Shown here: one piece after another, positions 55,998 through 64,000 of the stretch
Layout of the letters: each line of letters starts with the position of its first letter
Numbering within the stretch: position 1 is the stretch's first letter
Assembly: GCA_963825525.1 (NCBI GenBank)
Contig: CAWGTN010000002.1
Location: 1,280,001-1,344,000, forward strand
Reading direction: 5' to 3'
DNA: 64,000 nucleotides
Source of the DNA: an uncultured Chloroflexia bacterium
GTDB taxonomy: Bacteria; Chloroflexota; Limnocylindria; QHBO01
Made by a program: the position numbers and the translations under genes
The notes under the pieces: model-generated
What the model was told of the DNA's origin: nothing
Database searches by the model: none
The model's input: only the letters and a program-made list of their open reading frames with translations

Positions 55998-57222
55998 ATG
56001 TTCTACGTCCAGCGCGGAGAGATCCCGCACAAGCGTCATACCCAGTTCCGCAAGTCCGATGGCGGCCTCTACGCTGAGGAGCTGTTCGGCGTCGAGGGTT
56101 TCAGCGGGCGCGCCAGCCTCCTCTACCACCACACCCCGCCGACCCAGACGCACCAGATCGAGAAGGTGCGCGACGTGCGGATCGAGCAGAGCGAGGACGA
56201 GGCGTCAGGGCCGCATCGACATCGGCTGGTCAATACCAAGGACCTCCAGCCATCGGGTGACGGACTCACCGGTCGCGTCCCCCTCTTCTACAACGGCGAC
56301 GTCACGTTCGGCGTGGTGCTCCCGGCGGAGCCGATGGAGCGCTTCTACCGCAACGGCGAGGCGGACGAGATGTACTTCGTCCACACCGGCACCGGGACGC
56401 TCGAGACGAACTTCGGGCCGATCGAATACGGCCCGGGCGACTACCTCGTGATCCCCATCGGGACGACGTTCCGCCTGCGGCCCGGCGAGCGACGAGCAGC
56501 GCATGCTGTGGGTCGAGTCACCGTCGAGCATCGTCCCGCCCAAGCGCTATCGCAACGACTTCGGCCAGCTGCTCGAGCACTCCCCCTACTGCGAGCGCGA
56601 CATCCGACCGCCGGCGGAGATGGCGCCGCACCTGGAGTCGGGCGACTACGTCATCGAGGTCAAGACCCGCGGCCGGATCACGGCCTACCACTACAGGCAC
56701 CACCCGTTCGACCTGGTCGGCTGGGACGGGCACCTGTGGCCGTTCGCCTTCAACATCGGCGACTTCGAGCCGATCACCGGGCGCGTCCACCAGCCGCCGC
56801 CGGTGCACCTGACCTTCCAGCCGCGGAACTACGTGATCTGCTCGTTCGTGCCGCGCAAGTTCGACTATCACCCCCTCGCCATCCCGGCGCCGTACAACCA
56901 CTCGAACATCAACTCGGACGAGGTCATCTACTACGTCGCCGGCAACTTCATGAGCCGCCGCGGCGTGGACATCAGCTCCTTCACCATCCACCCGGCCGGC
57001 ATCCCGCACGGGCCGCATCCGGGGTCGGTGGAGGCGAGCATCGGCAAGGAGGCGACGGAGGAGCTGGCGGTGATGATCGACACGTTCCATCCGCTCCACC
57101 TCACCCGCCAGGCGTCGGAGCTCGAGGACGACCGCTACCCGTACTCATGGATGCCGCCGGAGGACGGCGCGGAGCACGCTCGGGAGCTGTCCGAGCGCGG
57201 CCCGGAGGCCTTCCCGGACTGA
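55998..57222 (+). CDS. hmgA: Homogentisate 1,2-dioxygenase (frameshift near 56490)
   Basis: GEIPHKRH, EGFSG, HPFDLVGWDG, HQPPPVH, PYNHSNINSDE, HGPHPG. Confidence 0.93.
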
Positions 57223-57253
57223 CGTGCGTTTGACCGGTGCCCGGACTTCCCTG

Positions 57254-57390
57254 TCGTCACCTGCGCGTCTTGGCGACGTTAGACGTGCCCGGGTCGGCAT
57301 CGGCGCTCCCGAATATGGGTGAATGTATGACCTGGGCTGGCAACCGACCGTCGGAGGTTGGCTAGCGTCGCCAGAACGGACATCTGACGA
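57254..57390 (+). ncRNA. Candidate structured RNA (long interrupted helix with side hairpin; family unassigned)
   Basis: Pairings 57254-59/57385-90, 57271-82/57362-73, 57287-95/57329-37, 57341-45/57356-60; G-U pairs favour the plus strand. Confidence 0.5.
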
Positions 57391-57460
57391 TTCACCCCGC
57401 CCTACCGCATGCAACCTGTGCAGCCGGGGTAGGATCGCCCTGACATGAGGAGCCCGCGAG

Positions 57461-57898
57461 ATGACTGAGCCGACCGCCGTCCCCGTGAACATGTTCGAGA
57501 ACGACCGCGAGCTGATGGTCGTGGCGCCGATGCCGGGTGTCTCTCCGGAGGACATCAGCGTCGACGTCACGGACGACGGCCACCTCACGCTCCGCTCCGC
57601 CCAGCACGGCGAGGGACAGGAGCGCATCGCGTACCTCCAGCGCGAGTGGTCGTACGGCCCGTACGAGCGAACGGTCGAGCTGCCATGCGCCGTCGACGCC
57701 ATGCGAGCCAACCTGACCTACGGCAACGGGGTGCTCTCGGTGACCTTTCCCAAGGCCGATGCCACCGCCCCCGGAAGGGTTCTCGTCCAGCGCACCGGCC
57801 ACGCGCGCGGGATCGCCGCCGGCCACAGCGGGACTCGCGGCGGAGCCGACGACGACCCCACACCGGACGACGGCAGCCGCGCCACCACGGTCGTATGA
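57461..57898 (+). CDS. Hsp20/alpha-crystallin small heat shock protein
   Basis: PVNMFE, MPGVSPEDI, YGPYERTVELP, NGVLSV. Confidence 0.9.
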   Translation: MTEPTAVPVNMFENDRELMVVAPMPGVSPEDISVDVTDDGHLTLRSAQHGEGQERIAYLQREWSYGPYERTVELPCAVDAMRANLTYGNGVLSVTFPKADATAPGRVLVQRTGHARGIAAGHSGTRGGADDDPTPDDGSRATTVV

Positions 57899-58374
57899 CC
57901 CTCTACTTCCTGCGACACGGCGATGCGAACGCGGCCGTCGCCGGGGATGACGACGCACGTCAGCTTTCCGACGAGGGACGCGCGGCGTTGCGATCAGCCG
58001 GCCGGCTGTGGCGGCGTCTCAACCTGCGGCCCGATGTCGTGATCACCTCCCCGCTGCCTCGCGCACGCGAGACGGCCGAGCTGGCCCGTGACGCGATCGG
58101 CGGCAGCCTGGAGGTCGATGATCGGCTGCGGCCCGGCGCGTCCTGGGGCGATTTCGCCCGAGCCATGGCCGACCATCCGGACGCGCGTCGCGTGATGTTC
58201 GTCGGCCACGAGCCGGATCTCTCCGGCGCCATCGTGACGCTGAGCGGCGCCTCGTCGGTCAGGATGCGGAAGGGTGGACTTGCCTGTCTCGAGTTCTACG
58301 GAACGCCCGAGCCGGGCGGTGCCGAGATCGCCTGGCTCATCGACCCCGACCTGTACACCGAGGAAGCCATCTAG
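57895..58374 (+). CDS. sixA: Phosphohistidine phosphatase SixA
   Basis: LYFLRHG, R.LS.EG, SPLPRARETA, VGHEPDL. Confidence 0.88.
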   Translation: MTLYFLRHGDANAAVAGDDDARQLSDEGRAALRSAGRLWRRLNLRPDVVITSPLPRARETAELARDAIGGSLEVDDRLRPGASWGDFARAMADHPDARRVMFVGHEPDLSGAIVTLSGASSVRMRKGGLACLEFYGTPEPGGAEIAWLIDPDLYTEEAI

Positions 58375-58376
58375 TC

Positions 58377-59768
58377 ATGTTTCTCCAGCAGTTCTTCGTC
58401 AAGGGGCTGGGCCACGCCAGCTATCTCCTCGGCGACCCCGACGCCGGCGTGGGCGTCGTGATCGACCCTCGTCGCGACATCGGGGACTACCTGGCTGCGG
58501 CCGAAGCGGAGGGGCTGACGATCAGCCATGTGCTCGAGACGCACGTCCATAACGACTACGTCTCCGGGGCCGAGGAGCTGCGGCTGCGCGCCGGCGCCAC
58601 GGTCCACGCTGCCGGGCTGGCGGATCTCACCCGGCCGCACGAGCCCCTGACCGACGGTGACGAGCTGCGAGCCGGATCCCTGCGGATCACCGTCTTGGCC
58701 ACGCCTGGCCACACGCCCGATCACGTCTCGTTCCTGGTCGCCGACCTGTCGCGGACGGACGAGGACTGGGTCCTCTTCTCCGGTGGGGCGCTACTGGTGG
58801 GCACGGCCGCCCGGCCCGATCTCCTCGGCGGTCCCGACGAGGCGCGCCGCTCCGCCGCCGTGCTGTTCGAGACGATCCGCGACCGGATCGCTCCCCTCCC
58901 CGACTGGATCGAGCTCTATCCGACGCATGGGGCGGGGTCCCTGTGCGGCTCCGGCATCGGCGGCAAGCGCTGGTCGACCGTCGGCTTCGAGCGACGCCAC
59001 AACCCCGCGCTCAACCAGCCGGATGCCGATGCGTTCACGCGCTTCATCCTGGAGGACCAGCCGACGGTCCCCGCCTACTGGCGCGAGATGCGGCCGATGA
59101 ACCAGCGCGGTGGCGCTCCCCTCGACGACCTCACCGATCCCCGGCCGATGAGCGGAGCGCAGGTGCAGCACGCCGTCGAGCACGGTGCGACGATCATCGA
59201 CGCGCGCGATTCCGCGGCCGCCGCCGCGGGATACATCCCCGGCTCGATCTCCATCGGCCTCTCGGACACCTTCGGGACCTGGGCCGGGTCGGTGGTTCCA
59301 ATCGATCACGAGGTGATCCTGCTGCTCGCCGACGCCGATGACCTTGGGCCCGCCGTGACCCAGCTCCGGCGAGCGGGCTTCGACCGCGTCATCGGCTACC
59401 TCGACGGTGGGATCGCGGCCTGGCCCGGAGAACTCGAGCACCTGGACCAGGTGTCGGTGGACGATCTTCCGACGGACGCGGGCGAAACCGTGCTCGACGT
59501 GCGCGAGCCATCCGAGTGGCGCGACGGTCACATCGACGGTGCGGTTCACATTCCGGCCGCGCAGCTGCTGCGACGCCTGGACGAGGTGCCGCCGGGGCGG
59601 GTGGTGGTCATGTGCGGGAGCGGCTATCGGTCCGCCATTGCGGCCAGCATCCTGCAACGGGACGGGCGTGACGAGGTCGCCCATCTCACCGGCGGGATGG
59701 GCGCCTACCGGGACGCGGGACTCCCGCTCACCGAGGAGAGACACGCCGACGCAACGGAGATGACATGA
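58377..59768 (+). CDS. MBL-fold persulfide dioxygenase-like protein with two rhodanese domains
   Basis: ETHVHNDYVSG, TPGHT; C-terminal rhodanese loop MCGSGYRS. Confidence 0.9.
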   Translation: MFLQQFFVKGLGHASYLLGDPDAGVGVVIDPRRDIGDYLAAAEAEGLTISHVLETHVHNDYVSGAEELRLRAGATVHAAGLADLTRPHEPLTDGDELRAGSLRITVLATPGHTPDHVSFLVADLSRTDEDWVLFSGGALLVGTAARPDLLGGPDEARRSAAVLFETIRDRIAPLPDWIELYPTHGAGSLCGSGIGGKRWSTVGFERRHNPALNQPDADAFTRFILEDQPTVPAYWREMRPMNQRGGAPLDDLTDPRPMSGAQVQHAVEHGATIIDARDSAAAAAGYIPGSISIGLSDTFGTWAGSVVPIDHEVILLLADADDLGPAVTQLRRAGFDRVIGYLDGGIAAWPGELEHLDQVSVDDLPTDAGETVLDVREPSEWRDGHIDGAVHIPAAQLLRRLDEVPPGRVVVMCGSGYRSAIAASILQRDGRDEVAHLTGGMGAYRDAGLPLTEERHADATEMT

Positions 59769-60097
59769 GCTTTCTCTTCGGCCCGAAGGTGGCCGAGGCC
59801 GAGCCCGCCGCCGCGGCGGCCGATCTGGCGGATGGCAACGGCGTCCTGGTCGACGTGCGCGAGGATCACGAGTGGCGTGCCGGGCGGGCCCAGGGTGCCA
59901 TCCACATCCCGCTGGCAGAGCTTCCTACCCGGATCGGCGAACTGCCACGCGATGCCCCGATCTACCTGATCTGCGCCAGCGGCAATCGCAGCGCGAAGGC
60001 GGCAGCCTTCCTCGGACGAGAGGGATTCCCGACCGCGATCAACGTGCGCGGCGGCACGACCGCCTGGTCGCGCGCGGGCCTGCCGGTCGACCGGTAG
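59765..60097 (+). CDS. Single-domain rhodanese
   Basis: VDVRE..EW, ICASGNRS, GGTTAW. Confidence 0.92.
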   Translation: MSFLFGPKVAEAEPAAAAADLADGNGVLVDVREDHEWRAGRAQGAIHIPLAELPTRIGELPRDAPIYLICASGNRSAKAAAFLGREGFPTAINVRGGTTAWSRAGLPVDR

Positions 60098-60126
60098 GCC
60101 GGCCTCGATCCGTGTAGGCTCCCCAC

Positions 60127-60534
60127 ATGGCCGATGTCGCGCTCCACACGCTCCTGCTGTGTGACTACGCGCTCACGGCGCAGGACGGGAAGATCAGCGC
60201 TGTCGGCGTCTTCAGCCAGATCAACGTCGCGAAGTTGCCGGCGACCCACGGCCGATGCTTCATCGTCGCGATCCTCGAAGCCACGCCCGGCCCACACGAG
60301 CTCACGTTCCAGGTCGTCTCCCCGACGGGCAAGGCGACGCTCCAGCAGGCACCGCGGCTCCGGATCGAGGTTCCCGCGGGCGCCACGTCGGCGAACATCG
60401 TGGCCGATCTCAAGGGGATGCGGCTCGAGGAGATCGGCCGCTACCGGATCGAGGTGCGTGCCGGTGACCAGATCCTTGGCAGCAGCCCCTTCCTGGTGAA
60501 CCTCGTCCTCCAGCAGACCGCCGGAAACGCCTGA
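60127..60534 (+). CDS. Conserved hypothetical beta-rich protein
   Basis: LLCDYA..QDGKISAVGVF..GRYRIEV; TAGGCT 6 nt before the ATG. Confidence 0.75.
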   Translation: MADVALHTLLLCDYALTAQDGKISAVGVFSQINVAKLPATHGRCFIVAILEATPGPHELTFQVVSPTGKATLQQAPRLRIEVPAGATSANIVADLKGMRLEEIGRYRIEVRAGDQILGSSPFLVNLVLQQTAGNA

Positions 60535-60577
60535 CGCGAAACCTCACGGCGGCGGGGCGGCGGACGTTTCTCCTGGC

Positions 60578-61343
60578 ATGAGCACCGAGATGGAACGAGC
60601 CTTCTACGCATCCGATCCCGCCTGGGATGGGCGGTTCGTGGTCGCGGTCCGGACCACCGGCATCTTCTGCCGACCGTCGTGCCGGGTACGCAAGCCGCTG
60701 CCGAAGAACATCGCCGTCATGGCCGATGCCGCCGAGGCACGGGCGGCGGGCTACCGCGCCTGCCTGCGCTGCCAGCCGGAGAATGCGACGCCGGTCGCAA
60801 TCCGCCACATCAGGACCCCGATCGGGCCGATGACCATCGGCGCGACGGAGCATGCCGCCGTCCTGGCCGACTTCAGCGAGCGGGCCATGATGCCGGCCCA
60901 GCTGGCGTCCGTCCGTCGCCGCATCGGCCCCACCTCTGAGGCATCCACGCCGATGCTCGATCGGCTCGAGGGCCAGCTGCACGAGTACCTCGCCGGCGCG
61001 CGCAGCCGCTTCAACCTGCCGATCGAGATGCCGGGCAGCGAGTTCCAGGAGCGTGTCTGGTCCGAGCTGCGAGCGGATCCCCTACGGTGAGACGATCTCG
61101 TACCGCGAGCTCGCCACGCGGGTGGGATCGCCGCAGGCGCCTCGCGCGGTCGGCCGCGCCAACGGGTCGAATCGGCTGGCACTGATCGTTCCGTGCCATC
61201 GCGTGATCGCGGCGGCCGGAGGTCTGGGTGGGTACGGCGGCGGCCTGCCCGCAAAGCGCTGGCTGCTCGACCTCGAGGCTCGCCACCAGGCTCGCGCTGG
61301 CGCGCCCGCGACATCCATGGGTGCCGTCAGCAGACCCGTGTGA
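60578..61343 (+). CDS. Ada Zn-binding domain fused to methylated-DNA--protein-cysteine methyltransferase (frameshift near 61075)
   Basis: AVRTTGIFCRPSC..RACLRC; IPYGETISY, RAVGRA, PCHRV. Confidence 0.9.
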
Positions 61344-61346
61344 CCG

Positions 61347-61520
61347 CGACATTTCGAAGGAATTGCACCCGAGGTCCGGTTTGCGAGCCGTTTCGCCGAT
61401 ATATCGACGGTGGCTGAGCGTGAGAGGCCCACAGCTGCGCCCTCAACGCTCCCGGGCCATCGATATATCGGCTGAATCGCGCCCAACCAAGAGCTGAGGC
61501 GCGAATTCGCCGACCTATCG
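61347..61520. repeat. Long degenerate palindrome carrying four CGATATATCG-like motifs (REP/REPIN/MITE-like)
   Basis: Motifs at 61347, 61397, 61461 and 61511, symmetric about 61433.5. Confidence 0.6.
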
Positions 61521-61557
61521 AGCGTGCAGTCCGCGTCGGCCCCACGCCCAGCGCTGG

Positions 61558-62043
61558 TTACGCGCCGACCACCCCATACAGCTGGGCGTTCTCGAAGTAG
61601 AGAACACCGCCGGACTCCTTCAGGCCGGTGACATCGGCGTTTGCGATGTCCCAATCACCGGTCGCCTCCGGATAGTTGAGGACGCGGACGCTGGCTCCGG
61701 CGCATGCCGGCGCAGAGTCATCAGTGAGCGACTCGCACAGCCAGATGGTGCCGTCGAGATCCATCAGCAGGGCACCATTGACCAGCGTCGGATCGGTCGC
61801 GCCGGACGCAATCGCCTCGGCCAGGCTGATGCCCGGACCCCCGACGGCCACGCCGTCAACCATGGCGAACGTTCCGTCCGAACCAGGCCCCGGTGCCCCG
61901 GACGGTGAATGCGAGGGCGATGCGGTAGGTGAGGGCGAAACGGAATCGTCCGCCGGACTCGGAGTGGACCCGACCGTGCCACCGCACGCGGCAAGCGCGA
62001 TGGCGAGCGTCGCGATCAGGAAGATGGGACTTCGACGGTTCAT
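61558..62043 (-). CDS. Hypothetical lipoprotein
   Basis: Lipobox LAAC, Ser/Pro linker, Cys pair WLC..PAC. Confidence 0.85.
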   Translation of the reverse strand: MNRRSPIFLIATLAIALAACGGTVGSTPSPADDSVSPSPTASPSHSPSGAPGPGSDGTFAMVDGVAVGGPGISLAEAIASGATDPTLVNGALLMDLDGTIWLCESLTDDSAPACAGASVRVLNYPEATGDWDIANADVTGLKESGGVLYFENAQLYGVVGA

Positions 62044-62215
62044 GGTTTGTCTTGACCTGTTTCGGGCGGCGCATCGTTGGCCGCGGTGCCCAGATCATCG
62101 GCGGTTCTTGCCCGCGGGTCGTCCGCCATCGGTATCAGATCCGCCTACGACAACCGGCCCAGCCTGCGTGGTCCCACCGCCCCGGGGCCAGATCCACCGG
62201 CCCATTGCTCCAGTG

Positions 62216-62360
62216 CTGGGACTTTCAGCCACGGATTGGCCGATCTGGTTCATTGCGGGGACTCACGGCGTTGCACCGCCGGGTTACCTTGGCCGTTGCT
62301 CCCACCCCGCGAGCAAATCGGCCAGTTCCTGGCTGGTAGTCCCAGGGGCGGTGCAACGCC
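62216..62360. repeat. Long inverted repeat with a 14-bp loop-to-flank complement (pseudoknot or alternative fold)
   Basis: Arms 62216-62260 and 62305-62345; GGCGTTGCACCGCC (62267-80) is the exact reverse complement of 62347-60. Confidence 0.6.
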
Positions 62361-62379
62361 CGGACGCCCCCGCCCAGGC

Positions 62380-63189
62380 CTAACCCTCGATGCGCGACCC
62401 GCGGATGTCGGTTCCCATGGCGTGGTAGCCGCCGTCGACGTGGATCATCTCGCCCGAGGTCATGCGCGCCCAATCGCTCAACAGGAAGCAGACCATCTGC
62501 CCGACCGGCGTCGCGTCGGTCATCGACCATTCCAGCGGCGAGCGCTCGAGCCAATGCCCGGCGATCTGGTCGAAACCCGGGATGCTCTTGCCGGCCATCG
62601 TGCGGATCGGGCCGGCCGAGACGGTGTTGACGCGGATCCCGTCGGCACCGAGGTCGCGCGCAAGGTAGCGGGTGATCGCCTCCAGCCCGGCCTTGGCGAC
62701 GCCCATCCAGTCGTAGATCGGCCACGCGAAGCGACCGTCGAACGTCAGCGAGACCAGTGAACCTCCACCTCGCTCCTTTGCGGCCGCCATCGGCTCGCGC
62801 AGCCCCACGCCGAGCGCCTTGAGCGAGTAGGCGGAAGTCTGGAAGGCGGTCGCCACGCTCTCCCACGGTGTGTTGACGAAGTTGCCACCGAGCGCATCCG
62901 AAGGCGCGAAGCCGATGGCGTGCACCACCCCATCCACGTGCCCCCAGCGCTTCATGAGGTCGGCGGAGACCGCCTCGATGTGCGCCGGGTCGTTCACGTC
63001 GAGCTCCAGGATGTCCGGCGCTCCGCCCGGCAGCTTCCTCGCCACCTTCTCGGTCAGCCGCGCCGCCCGCCCGAACGACGTGAGGACGATCTCGGCTCCC
63101 GCCTCCTGCGCGACCTTGGCGATCGCGAACGCGATGCTGTCGTCGGTGAGCACGCCGGTCACGAGCAGCTTCTTGCCTTCGAGGAGCAT
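62380..63189 (-). CDS. fabI: Enoyl-ACP reductase, InhA-like
   Basis: LVTGVLTDDSIAF, HAIGFAP, YDWMGVAKA, SAGPIRT, IHVDGG. Confidence 0.95.
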   Translation of the reverse strand: MLLEGKKLLVTGVLTDDSIAFAIAKVAQEAGAEIVLTSFGRAARLTEKVARKLPGGAPDILELDVNDPAHIEAVSADLMKRWGHVDGVVHAIGFAPSDALGGNFVNTPWESVATAFQTSAYSLKALGVGLREPMAAAKERGGGSLVSLTFDGRFAWPIYDWMGVAKAGLEAITRYLARDLGADGIRVNTVSAGPIRTMAGKSIPGFDQIAGHWLERSPLEWSMTDATPVGQMVCFLLSDWARMTSGEMIHVDGGYHAMGTDIRGSRIEG

Positions 63190-63314
63190 GCGAACGGGAG
63201 CCTCCAGGTGCGTATGGGCCGATGCGCGCCACTGCGCGCGAGCGCCACGATTGTACCCGCGGCCATCCCCGGTTCCGGCATGCGATGGCGTATCGGGCTA
63301 GGATCAGGCCACCG

Positions 63315-63773
63315 ATGATGGTTCGCCTCTACGACTACGACGTGCCCGCCGCCGATGCCGCGGCCGATGTCCCGAGCCTGCGTCCCCTGCTCGAGGCTCT
63401 ACCGACCGACGAGCGCCGCGTGATCCTGACCGGGCTGTTCAAGCCGGAACGCATGCCGGGAACGATGGAGCGCCTCACCACCCTGGTCGAGGACGTGGAC
63501 ATCAGCTTCGCGAACGCCCTCATCACGCTCGACAACGAGAAGCGTTCGCGGCGGTTCGTGGCCATCGACGAGGCGAAGGCCATCCTGGACCGATGGCTGC
63601 CCGAATCCTCGGTGGCCGGCATCCGCGAATGGGACGTTGCCCGACTCCTCGAGCCGTACGGCGACGGCACGTATCACGGGAAGCTCCTCAAGCGAACGCG
63701 GAAGCAGCTGCGGTCGGTCTCCAATCGCCAGGCGCTGACCGTCCCATTCCTGTTCCGGCAGACCTGGGCATGA
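63315..63773 (+). CDS. Hypothetical protein (152 aa)
   Basis: GC3-rich codons; TAGGAT upstream; no family recognised. Confidence 0.75.
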   Translation: MMVRLYDYDVPAADAAADVPSLRPLLEALPTDERRVILTGLFKPERMPGTMERLTTLVEDVDISFANALITLDNEKRSRRFVAIDEAKAILDRWLPESSVAGIREWDVARLLEPYGDGTYHGKLLKRTRKQLRSVSNRQALTVPFLFRQTWA

Positions 63774-63916
63774 GCCGATCCCCGCGTCGCCGCCGAGGCC
63801 GACCGTACCAGCCGCTTCCCGAGCGCCGCTCGAGCGCCTGGATCGCGCGGCTGCTCATCGTGGCCGTCGGGGTGATCCTCGTCGTGGGCTCGCTGGCCTT
63901 CATCGGCGGCCGCTAG
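63770..63916 (+). CDS. Small single-pass membrane protein (48 aa)
   Basis: ATGA overlap with the upstream gene; basic N-terminus then one TM. Confidence 0.6.
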   Translation: MSRSPRRRRGRPYQPLPERRSSAWIARLLIVAVGVILVVGSLAFIGGR

Positions 63917-63927
63917 CCGGGACCGCG

Positions 63928-64000
63928 CTACAGGCTCTCCTCCATCAGGCTGCGGACGTGCAGGAGCAGCTTCATGAGCTCGGGCGCGGCGGCGACAAGG
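63928..64000 (-). CDS. 3' end of a gene truncated by the window edge
   Basis: LVAAAPELMKLLLHVRSLMEESL-stop. Confidence 0.5.
   Translation of the reverse strand, partial: LVAAAPELMKLLLHVRSLMEESL

Noticed and set aside
57235-57405. Fragments resembling FMN riboswitch or RNase P (minus strand AGGGCGGGGUGAA, GGAAGUCCGGGC) and purine riboswitch (AAUAUGG)
   Set aside because: The remaining conserved cores and spacing are absent and the gene context does not fit
57391-57460. CIRCE or HAIR heat-shock operator before hsp20
   Set aside because: Neither TTAGCACTC-N9-GAGTGCTAA nor CTTGAGT-N7-ACTCAAG is present

Overview
GC-rich (about 70% by eye), gene-dense bacterial chromosomal segment with about 65 CDSs. 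I found no rRNA, tRNA, CRISPR array, transposase or phage genes. Gene content and many TAnnnT boxes just upstream of start codons fit a monoderm such as Chloroflexota or Actinomycetota (inference only). About a dozen genes, including essential proS, are split by 1-nt indels, which most likely reflects uncorrected long-read errors. Main blocks: leucine catabolism (hydratase, biotin carboxylase, HMG-CoA lyase); nucleoside hydrolase plus a complete ECF transporter; deoD, hppD, proS and an S41 protease; an SRPBCC/COG2907/DUF1365/cfa lipid-modification cluster; a LysR-Dpp-type ABC-nitrilase operon facing an MFS and a deacetylase; MoxR-DUF58; FAH-DinB; a roughly 2,450-aa CSLREA/beta-helix surface protein with a small secreted partner; a STAND adenylate cyclase; a PAS kinase and receiver; hmgA; hsp20-sixA-persulfide dioxygenase-rhodanese; ada; fabI. 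Best leads: (1) an Xis/BldC-type HTH fused to the biotin carboxylase, with 9-nt-periodic direct repeats over its own promoter, suggesting an autoregulatory enzyme; (2) nested domain insertions in the giant surface protein; (3) three structured intergenic elements (57254-57390, 61347-61520, 62216-62360); (4) an enlarged QrtT-like ECF S component.
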